A stretch of DNA of 64,000 nucleotides from a virus. Positions 9,197 through 16,626 of this stretch are shown here, piece by piece. Below the pieces are notes generated by a model. It worked only from the letters and a program-made list of their open reading frames with translations, had not been told where the DNA came from and searched no databases. The first letter of the stretch is position 1; each line of letters opens with the position of its first letter. The stretch spans positions 32,001 through 96,000 of the IMG/VR virus record IMGVR_UViG_3300028800_000003. The stretch is one strand, 5' to 3'. The position numbers and the translations under genes are program-made.

Positions 9197-10394
9197 GCCA
9201 ACGAAATTGCGAGCGTGCGGTCACCCTGTGTCTTCCCGAAAGAGGCCAAAATCGTCGTCCCGCGCGCTCGCATCCAAAACCGCCTCCGATGACCATTTCA
9301 GGATTGCCCGAAAGGCCGACAACACCCTGTCTTCGGGGGCGGCCACCATTGCAGATGTCGATGATCATGGTTTTATTGTCGCATGCGACCAATCCCAATG
9401 TATCTCAACATCTGCATCCAATTCCGCAGACGATGATCGGTCAATCCGTGCCAATCATGGCCAGCCACAATTTATCTCGTCTGCGGACCTCAAGAAGCGC
9501 ATTGGCGTCATTCATGCGCATTGGCGCAATGCGGTGTTCGCTCGCAAGCAACGCATCCGCATCGGCAACACACTGAGTGCTTTCCTGCGAACTCAACTCG
9601 GCTGGTCGCTCGATAAGAGCGAGAAAGAACGCGAGAAGATCGCGAAACAAGCCGCAAAAATGATCGCCGATGGCGGTGGCGAATGGGCAGAATTTGTTGT
9701 CTCGACAGAGATTTCCATGGCTCCTTGGCAGGACATCGAGTCTCGCCATATCAAGGCGATGGAGAAAATAGCCATCGAATTTCCGGTCTGGTGCGATTTC
9801 GGCAAGCCGGTTCGAGGATTCGGATTGGCATCCTTTGCCAAGATTGTCGCTATGGCCGGCGATCTGTCGCAGTATCCGACGGTCGGCCACTTGCAGAAAC
9901 GTCTTGGAATATCCGTTGTTGACGGTGTCCGTCAGGGCAACCCAGGGAAAGGCGCGACCGCCGACGATTGGATTCGCCATGGCTACAAGCGAACCAACCG
10001 CGCGGAAATCTGGCAGATCGGGGCATCGTTGATAAAGGCTCAGGTCCGCGCTCAGAAGGACGCTGACGGCAAGAAATGCGGCGACAGTCTCGCCGTCGGC
10101 CGTTATGGCGCGATCTATCTGGGTCGCAAGAAACATGAACTGGCGCGGGGCCTCACCCTAAAGCACGCCGACAATCGCGCCAAGCGATACATGGAGAAGT
10201 GTCTGATTCGTGATCTATGGGCGGCATGGCGTCAAGTCATGTCGCTCGGCGCCTTGGTTGATCAGAATGCCAGTGTCGAACAGACCAGTGTTAATTTATC
10301 ACCCAAGGCGCACCCTATTACAGATTTCTATGATCATGGAGAGCGCATCCGAAAGGATCATGGATTACTGTGCGCGTCATACCCCAACGGCTAG
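9186..10394 (+). CDS. IS110/Nop-domain RNA-binding protein without RuvC (TasA-like)
   Basis: Coiled coil then VRGFGLASFAKIVAMAGDLSQYPTVGHLQKRLGI...YGAIY..RK...HADNRAKRYMEKCLIRDLWAAWR; no DEDD RuvC domain; both termini are translated array units. Confidence 0.8.
   Translation: MSRKPTKLRACGHPVSSRKRPKSSSRALASKTASDDHFRIARKADNTLSSGAATIADVDDHGFIVACDQSQCISTSASNSADDDRSIRANHGQPQFISSADLKKRIGVIHAHWRNAVFARKQRIRIGNTLSAFLRTQLGWSLDKSEKEREKIAKQAAKMIADGGGEWAEFVVSTEISMAPWQDIESRHIKAMEKIAIEFPVWCDFGKPVRGFGLASFAKIVAMAGDLSQYPTVGHLQKRLGISVVDGVRQGNPGKGATADDWIRHGYKRTNRAEIWQIGASLIKAQVRAQKDADGKKCGDSLAVGRYGAIYLGRKKHELARGLTLKHADNRAKRYMEKCLIRDLWAAWRQVMSLGALVDQNASVEQTSVNLSPKAHPITDFYDHGERIRKDHGLLCASYPNG
9208..9487 (+). repeat. 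TIGR-like stem-loop guide array, 4 units, 72-nt period
   Basis: Each unit = outer stem + YC(A/G)-N9-T(G/T)-short hairpin-CC(A/G)-N9-T(G/A/C) + outer stem; first N9 starts at 9224, 9296, 9368, 9440. Confidence 0.8.
10249..10381 (+). repeat. TIGR-like stem-loop guide array, 2 units (second degenerate)
   Basis: GCGCCTTGG.TGA-TCA-gaatgccag-TG-tcgaacaga-CCA-gtgttaatt-TA-TCA.CCAAGGCGC; next N9 starts at 10337 = 10265+72. Confidence 0.7.
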
Positions 10395-10397
10395 AGG

Positions 10398-10949
10398 TCA
10401 CGACGGCGGTAGCGCCGGTTCGCACACTCGCGAGAAGATATAGCGAAGCGAACGGACCAACGACCTTTCATCAGAATCTGGAATCGGTACTGTCACCAAA
10501 TCCTGATGACATTCCTGATGACCAAAGATGAAATCACAGACTGTGTCAGGATAGAAGCCTTTGACGACGATCCGCATTGGGCGCACTTGAAAGTCCTGCG
10601 TCAGATGGTCGAAGGCAATCGTTGATATTGGGTTGCCCGGTAATTCTCCGTGATACGGCCGCAGCCGATAGGTGCATGGCGTATTCTCGACGTGCTCAAT
10701 GAGCCAGTCGAATTTCTTCTCTGGGCACGAATGAGCATAGCAGCTTGCCACCCCGGTGACTCTTGCGCCGTCGAGCGGCTTTGCAGAGCTTGATGCAGTA
10801 AATGTGTCGAGACGACTGAGCGGCGCATAACTGCGAATGAAGACATTCGCAATCGCTTCAATTCCCGCATCTTCTGAGGGAATTGCCGGCGGCGACCAGC
10901 CGCCCAAGGTTGCGGTGAGTGAAATTATTGCCCATTGCCAGAAGCGCAT
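10398..10949 (-). CDS. Hypothetical exported protein (moron-like, opposite strand)
   Basis: N-terminal signal-peptide-like segment; several Cys. Confidence 0.55.
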   Translation of the reverse strand: MRFWQWAIISLTATLGGWSPPAIPSEDAGIEAIANVFIRSYAPLSRLDTFTASSSAKPLDGARVTGVASCYAHSCPEKKFDWLIEHVENTPCTYRLRPYHGELPGNPISTIAFDHLTQDFQVRPMRIVVKGFYPDTVCDFIFGHQECHQDLVTVPIPDSDERSLVRSLRYIFSRVCEPALPPS

Positions 10950-11007
10950 GAGTTTCCTGTCTCATTCCGCCCTACCCAGATCATAGTCAGTCAACGGCAA
11001 TCAGCGC

Positions 11008-11066
11008 AACCGCCTGATCTGCGCGGTTAAATACCCCTTGCAAACCGCACGTGACGCGGTTATATA
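11008..11066 (+). promoter_or_regulatory. Sigma70-like promoter overlapped by operator palindromes
   Basis: TTGCAA(11038)-N17-TATATA(11061); AACCGC-N7-GCGGTT at 11043-11061 and AACCGC-N9-GCGGTT at 11008-11028. Confidence 0.6.
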
Positions 11067-11071
11067 CGGGT

Positions 11072-11305
11072 GGCAGTTAGTGGGGATCGACGAGGCGGGC
11101 GGCTCATTGGAGGCAGTGGCCGCCCGCCAAATCGGTTCCCGAAACGAAAACGCGCCCCAGATCGCTACGGCGGGAGAGCACTCACCGGCTCTAACTCAAA
11201 GCCCGTCGTGCGGTTTGAGACACCCAAAATTGGGCGCGTTTGGCCACCGGACATAAGTCGCCGCGGTTTTGTGGAACCGTCTCGCTTCCGGTGGCCCCCA
11301 CCAAT
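11072..11305 (+). ncRNA. Candidate structured ncRNA or leader RNA with pseudoknot
   Basis: Stems GGCGGGCGGC/GCCGCCCGCC, AAACGCGCCC/GGGCGCGTTT, GGCCACCGGA/TCCGGTGGCC, GTGGGG/CCCCAC; CGGTTCC(11133) pairs with GGAACCG(11273) in a hairpin loop. Confidence 0.55.
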
Positions 11306-11326
11306 TCAAAAGGGGCGTGCCGCGCG

Positions 11327-12319
11327 ATGCTGTTTACGGTTATCGATACCGAAACAACCGGGACCAATCCCGAGAACGATGCCCTGATCGACATCGCCGC
11401 CATCGATGTCGAAAATGGCATTGTCAGCGACAAGCCGCGCATTTCTTTCATCAAGCCGCCGATCCCGATCCCGCCAGAAGCGTCGGCCGTGCATCACATT
11501 GTTGATGCCGATGTGGCGCAGGCGCCGCCAGCACGCGAGGCCGTGCCGCTGGTGCTGATACCGGATCGGCCGGCGATCTACGTCGCGCACAAGGCAGACT
11601 TTGAGTACGGCTTCCTGAAAAGCTACTTGCCGGCCGGCTCCACTTGGCTCTGCACCTGGAGGGCGGCTTTGCGCGTCTACCCGAACGCGCCGAATCACAA
11701 ACTCCAGACGCTCCGTTATTTCCTCAACCTGCCAGTCGATCGCGCCATCGCCGACTATGCGCACCGCGCGATGCCGGATGCCTACGTGGCCGCCTATTTG
11801 TTACTCGACCTGCTGACCAAGGCGTCTGTCGAAGACATGCTCGCCTGGACGCGCGAGCCCCCGCGCCTGCCGTTTTGCCCGCTCAATCCGCACCGCGGCA
11901 AGCCCTGGTCTCAGGTGCCCGTCGATTTCCTGATGTGGATCGTCGGCCTGGAGAAACAAAAAGACCGGGACATGGACCCGGACATCATCTGGAACGCGCG
12001 GCTGGAATTGGACCGCCTCGCCATGGCGCAACGCGCGGCGAAGCAAACCGAACGCGACGCCAAAAACGAACTGATCGAAACGGAACGCGAGGCCTACGCC
12101 AAGCTGTTCAAGCAAATTCTCGCCAATCCAGACACCCAGCCGAAGACGGTTGCGGACCTGGAGAACTGGTGGAAGGGCGAGGCCGAGAGCCGCACCAAGT
12201 GGAACATCATCAAAGGCGACCCGCTCTATAGCGAGCTGGCGAAAGCCTGCGCCGACTACAAGAAAACCATCGTTCAACAACAACCGGCAGCGCAGACCAA
12301 TGAGCAAGTCGCAGCATAG
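11327..12319 (+). CDS. Exodeoxyribonuclease X-like DEDDh 3'-5' exonuclease
   Basis: VIDTETTG, SAVHHI, VAHKADFE, HKLQTLRY, AHRAMPDA; HRGKPWSQVPVDFLMW (DUF3820-like tail). Confidence 0.8.
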   Translation: MLFTVIDTETTGTNPENDALIDIAAIDVENGIVSDKPRISFIKPPIPIPPEASAVHHIVDADVAQAPPAREAVPLVLIPDRPAIYVAHKADFEYGFLKSYLPAGSTWLCTWRAALRVYPNAPNHKLQTLRYFLNLPVDRAIADYAHRAMPDAYVAAYLLLDLLTKASVEDMLAWTREPPRLPFCPLNPHRGKPWSQVPVDFLMWIVGLEKQKDRDMDPDIIWNARLELDRLAMAQRAAKQTERDAKNELIETEREAYAKLFKQILANPDTQPKTVADLENWWKGEAESRTKWNIIKGDPLYSELAKACADYKKTIVQQQPAAQTNEQVAA

Positions 12320-12524
12320 CACAGTCGATCAACCACATTTTGTTTGGTGGCGCGGCACTGGCGGAAAGCCGGAACCGCAGAAATGGCAAGGCCTCGACTA
12401 CGGAATCTCCAATTGGAAATTTCCCTACGTCATCGCCGCCTATCCGCTGACGCCTGACGAATCCAAACAGTCGTTGGCTTCGCTGGCGGTTCGCTATCCA
12501 CAACCTGTGAGTGAAAAGCAATGA
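12300..12524 (+). CDS. Hypothetical protein
   Basis: 74-aa ORF overlapping both neighbours. Confidence 0.5.
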   Translation: MSKSQHSTVDQPHFVWWRGTGGKPEPQKWQGLDYGISNWKFPYVIAAYPLTPDESKQSLASLAVRYPQPVSEKQ

Positions 12525-12865
12525 ACCCGGTTCGCGATATTTTGCACCAAAGATTCCCGCACTGCTTTGCTGATCGTGGCCAGCCAAAGCGTCCGCTCGC
12601 CATCGGCATCAAGGCTGAGATCGTGAGCCGATGCCCCGATCTGCGCGGCTTCATCGACGCGGCGCTCCGCGATTACACGGGCGGCCCAACTTATCACAAC
12701 GCCTGCTTCATTGGCGCACCGCGCATCAATCTCGATGGCGAGATCGCCGGTCAGGTAACGCCGAAGCACTCCGCGCATCACGCGCGCCGTCTGCACCACC
12801 TGCAACAGAAATGGAAACGCGAGGATGCCAAACGATCTGCCGATCCTGCTTGTCCATCTGTTTGA
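12521..12865 (+). CDS. ProQ/FinO-family RNA chaperone
   Basis: RFPHCF...KRPLAIGIKAEI...ALRDYT...Y...GAPRINLDGEIAGQVT..H..HA. Confidence 0.85.
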   Translation: MNPVRDILHQRFPHCFADRGQPKRPLAIGIKAEIVSRCPDLRGFIDAALRDYTGGPTYHNACFIGAPRINLDGEIAGQVTPKHSAHHARRLHHLQQKWKREDAKRSADPACPSV

Positions 12866-13007
12866 TGCTGAAACAGGCGAGGTCAAGTGGCGTCCCAAGG
12901 CCGGCGGACGATGGAAGAACGCCAAGAGTGTTTACGACGCCTGCCAACAAGCCGACGCCGTGATGTCTGAACCCCGAGAAATCGAATACGTCGAAAGGAT
13001 GAAATAA
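12825..13007 (+). CDS. Hypothetical protein
   Basis: 60-aa ORF in operon context. Confidence 0.4.
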   Translation: MPNDLPILLVHLFDAETGEVKWRPKAGGRWKNAKSVYDACQQADAVMSEPREIEYVERMK

Positions 13008-13013
13008 GCTGCT

Positions 13014-14996
13014 ATGACCACCGTTGTTACGAATAACGATTACACTGGCCAGCCCTGGGACGGTTTGTTGTCCGGTACGCAATGGGCTACCGACAATCTC
13101 ACTTTCAGTTTCCCGACCGATGCCGCCGATTACGATTTCGGGTACATCCAAGGGGCAGGCGCTCCATCGGATAATTTCCAGCCGCTTAGTGCAGCCGAGC
13201 AAACCGCGGTGCTCAATGTCCTGAACGACTATGCCGCGGTCAGCAATCTGACGTTTACTCAGATCACCGAAACCACCGACACGCATGCCAACCTGCGCGA
13301 GGCGCAGTCGTCGGATGCCGGCGCCGCAATGACATTCGCGCCAAACTCGCAGTTCAATGATTATCCGTTGAGCGCGGACTCCTGGTACGAGCCGACTGGT
13401 TTCAGCGACTATGGGGCTTTGGTTTCTGATCCTGTGCTCGGCGGCTACGGCTATCTCGCCTTCACACACGAAATCGGCATTGCGCTCGGGCTCAATGACG
13501 ACGTGCAGGGCAATGACCTGCCGGCGTCCATGGATGCGATGCAGAATTCCGTGGAGTCGTATCGCTCCTATATCGGCGGCCCCACCGATCAGGGTTGGAG
13601 CAACGCAACGTGGGGGTATGCCACGTCGCCGATGCAGGATGACATCGCGGCCATCCAGCAGATGTACGGTGCGAATTTCAGCGGCATCGGAACGTCGGTC
13701 ACGTATTCCTGGAATCAAAACACCGGCGAGGAATCGATCAACGGCGTCGGCCAAGGCGTGCCGGGCGGTAATGCGATCTTCTCCACCGTCTGGGATCAAG
13801 GCGCCACCACGACCTACGACCTATCGAACTATTCGACCAACGAGGTTGTCGATCTGCTGCCGGGAGCGTGGAGCACGTTCGATACGGCGCAGCTCGCCAA
13901 TCTCGGCAACGGCAATGTGGCTCCCGGCAACGTCGCCAACGCCCTTGAATATGATGGCAACACCTCGTCCGACGTGACGCATGTCATCGGCGGCTCTGGC
14001 CATAACCTCATCATCGGCAACAATGCCGGCGATACGATCTACGGCGGCTCGAACGGCGGCAACATCATCGTGGCCGGAGCAGGCAGCAACACGATCGACG
14101 GCGGCGCTGGCGGCGACAACACCTTGGTCCTCCCCGGCAGCTTCATCGATTACCAGATATCCGACTCAAACGGCGTTCTCCAAATCGGCTCGAACCAAGT
14201 CACCGACGTGCAGGACATCCAGTTCGGTGCCGAGACGGTCAGCGCCCATGACATCGTCAATGCAGTCAGCGTGCAAGGCGGGACGATGGATGCCGGCTTC
14301 GGCAACTTCTCCGGCGTCGCTGGCGAGAATGGCGACATGCTGCTGCGCAACGGCGCTGGCGTGCTCACAATCTACGACGTGAGCAACAACACCGTGACCG
14401 GCTCATCCAACGTCGGGCAAATCGGCTTCAACATGCAGGTGCTCGGCTACGGAGATTTCTCCGGCCGCTCCGGCGAGACCGATATGCTGATGCAGGATAC
14501 CGGCAGCGGCGCCATGGAGGTCTACGACTTCACCGACAACACCCTCACTGGCTACGCCTCGATGGGGCAGGTCGGCACAGAGTGGAAAGTCCTCGGCTTC
14601 GGTGACTTCTCCAGCAATCCCGGCGAGACCGATATGCTGATGCAGGATAGCAACAACGGTGCCTTGGAATATTACGACATCGCCGGCAACACGATCACTG
14701 CTGCCGGCGGGATGGGACAAGTCGGCCTGGAATGGTCGCTGGTCGGGTTCAGCCCCGTCAACGGCGGCACGACCGACATGCTCATGACCGATAAGTCCAC
14801 CGGCGCCATGGAGATGTATGGCATCGCCAACAACACCATCGTATCGGCGCAACCGTGGTTCGGTCAGGAGGGCGATCAACTGGTACAGGCGATGGCAGCA
14901 TTTGCCGCGCCAAGCGGCCCGGCCTTGTCCAATCCGACCCACGACCCTGTCATCCAGCAACAGCCGGCGCCATTCGCTGTAGGCAAGGCGATCTGA
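13014..14996 (+). CDS. Serralysin (M10B)-like protein with Gly-rich Ca-binding and FG-GAP-like repeats; degenerate zinc site
   Basis: LTFSF...AVSNLTFTQ; THEIGIALGLNDD; DDIAAIQQMYGAN; GGSG/GGAGGD repeats; GDFS...ETDMLMQD repeats; C-terminal QLVQAMAAF. Confidence 0.8.
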   Translation: MTTVVTNNDYTGQPWDGLLSGTQWATDNLTFSFPTDAADYDFGYIQGAGAPSDNFQPLSAAEQTAVLNVLNDYAAVSNLTFTQITETTDTHANLREAQSSDAGAAMTFAPNSQFNDYPLSADSWYEPTGFSDYGALVSDPVLGGYGYLAFTHEIGIALGLNDDVQGNDLPASMDAMQNSVESYRSYIGGPTDQGWSNATWGYATSPMQDDIAAIQQMYGANFSGIGTSVTYSWNQNTGEESINGVGQGVPGGNAIFSTVWDQGATTTYDLSNYSTNEVVDLLPGAWSTFDTAQLANLGNGNVAPGNVANALEYDGNTSSDVTHVIGGSGHNLIIGNNAGDTIYGGSNGGNIIVAGAGSNTIDGGAGGDNTLVLPGSFIDYQISDSNGVLQIGSNQVTDVQDIQFGAETVSAHDIVNAVSVQGGTMDAGFGNFSGVAGENGDMLLRNGAGVLTIYDVSNNTVTGSSNVGQIGFNMQVLGYGDFSGRSGETDMLMQDTGSGAMEVYDFTDNTLTGYASMGQVGTEWKVLGFGDFSSNPGETDMLMQDSNNGALEYYDIAGNTITAAGGMGQVGLEWSLVGFSPVNGGTTDMLMTDKSTGAMEMYGIANNTIVSAQPWFGQEGDQLVQAMAAFAAPSGPALSNPTHDPVIQQQPAPFAVGKAI

Positions 14997-15556
14997 TGCT
15001 CGCTCCAGCGCACGACCCCGGCGGCAAGGTCGCAACGCCGCTGCCGGAGGGCATGTTGGGCGACGCCGAGTTCTACGGCCCGCGTGGTGAACGCCGGCTG
15101 TGGCTGCGGCGCTCGTGGATCAAGCCCGGCGAGCAGCGCCGCACGATCATGTTCACGGGCATGAATCCCTCGACAGCAAGCCATGAGGTCAACGATCCGA
15201 CCGTCACGCGCGAGGTGAATTTCTCGATGGCGTGGGGCTTCAACGATTATATCAAGACCAATGTGATGGATTTCCGCGCCACCTATCCGAAGGATTTGCT
15301 GGCACCCGGCGTCATCCCGTGCAGTGAGCGCAATCTTAAAACGATCCTGCACTATGCGCGCTACGCCGAGAAGATCGTCCTGTGTTACGGCGCTCCGAAG
15401 CACAAGTCGCTGGAACGCTACGGCAAGGACGTGACGCAAGCGCTTCTGGACGCCGGCCATTTCGAGAAGATGTTTTGCTTCGGCCTGACGAAGAATGGAT
15501 TCCCGGTCCACCCACTCTACCTGCCAAAGACCGCAACGCTGGTGCCATTCCAATGA
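14996..15556 (+). CDS. DUF1643-family protein
   Basis: RLWLRRSW...MFTGMNPSTA...DPTVTR...RATYPKDL...GLTKNGFPVHPLY. Confidence 0.8.
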   Translation: MLAPAHDPGGKVATPLPEGMLGDAEFYGPRGERRLWLRRSWIKPGEQRRTIMFTGMNPSTASHEVNDPTVTREVNFSMAWGFNDYIKTNVMDFRATYPKDLLAPGVIPCSERNLKTILHYARYAEKIVLCYGAPKHKSLERYGKDVTQALLDAGHFEKMFCFGLTKNGFPVHPLYLPKTATLVPFQ

Positions 15557-15747
15557 TTGTCGTGAACGTCATCTATTTGCTCGCCGGCATCGCGATCACT
15601 CTCGTCATTGTCGGGGCCTACATCCTATCGCGTCGTGATCTTGAGCTGGGAGCCTTGTTCGGCATCATCCCATTACAAATCGGTGTCGGAGTCGGGTTTA
15701 TCGCATTCATCCTATTCGCCATCAATCACATCAGGTTAGCGATATGA
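15553..15747 (+). CDS. Small membrane protein (2 TM)
   Basis: Two hydrophobic stretches; ATGA overlaps. Confidence 0.55.
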   Translation: MIVVNVIYLLAGIAITLVIVGAYILSRRDLELGALFGIIPLQIGVGVGFIAFILFAINHIRLAI

Positions 15748-16265
15748 CCGAGCAACCCGACGAACTGGAAACGATGCGCTTCATCTACAACGCGCACAAA
15801 AACCAAGTCGACAAAGGCGGCATGCAATACTGGCTGCATCCGGTCTGTGTGCGTGCGCGTCTGGAGAACCCGACCGAGACCGAAATCCTGGTCGCGCTGC
15901 TGCATGACGTGATCGAGGATACCAAATACACGACAGAGCACCTGCTGGCGATGGGCTACAGCAAGGAGGTCGTCGACGCCGTCAAGATCGTGTCGCGACC
16001 TGGAGAACGATGTCGCCTTGGCAGCAATTGTCATTGTCAAGGCGGCACGACTTGTCACCATTTCGGCAGGATCACCTATCGCGACTGGATTCGCCAGATC
16101 GCCGCCAGCGGCAACAAGGCCGCCATCAAGGTCAAGCTGGCCGACAGCGAAGAAAACAGCCGCGAGGATCGGGTTGCGCGGATGCCAGAGAATGAGCGCG
16201 GGCTTGCCGAACGCTATCGCTGGGCGATCCCGATCTTGAAAGAAGCGCTGGAGAAGGCGCAATGA
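15744..16265 (+). CDS. HD-domain phosphohydrolase (RelA/SpoT hydrolase/Mesh1-like)
   Basis: AHKNQVDKGG.QY..HP..V...ALLHDVIEDT...VKLAD...N. Confidence 0.8.
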   Translation: MTEQPDELETMRFIYNAHKNQVDKGGMQYWLHPVCVRARLENPTETEILVALLHDVIEDTKYTTEHLLAMGYSKEVVDAVKIVSRPGERCRLGSNCHCQGGTTCHHFGRITYRDWIRQIAASGNKAAIKVKLADSEENSREDRVARMPENERGLAERYRWAIPILKEALEKAQ

Positions 16266-16626
16266 GCGGATTGATCGCGTTTGCAATCGTCATCGGTGGT
16301 GTTGCGTGGTTGCTGTATCAGGTCTTCATAAAGGAAATGCAATGAGAACTATCTGGGTGCTGCTTCGGGTCTCATACGAGATCGGCGATTGGAGCCTGAT
16401 CGGCGGCTATCTCTGGAATCAGATCATCATGCGCAGAAAGCCGGATATCAAAACGGACTACTTTCAATGAGGCAGCCCAAGGCCGCCACAATCAGATTTC
16501 GCGGAACCATCGTGGTATCGAAGGAAACAAGCGTGGTTTCTGAGCTGGTGGTTTTATTCATCTCCATATCGATTCACGGTGATGGGGATTGAGTTTCTGT
16601 GGCGGCTGAACTGAGGAAATAAAAAA

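Noticed and set aside
9208-9487. CRISPR array
   Set aside because: No identical 23-47-nt direct repeats and no cas genes; conservation is structural with 9-nt variable segments
9186-10394. Active IS110 insertion sequence
   Set aside because: No N-terminal DEDD RuvC-like domain is present and the gene is embedded in a phage operon; better explained as a TasA-like protein
11072-11305. tmRNA or tRNA call for the structured RNA (GGGGATCGAC...CCACCA)
   Set aside because: No TTC-containing T arm and no recognisable tag peptide
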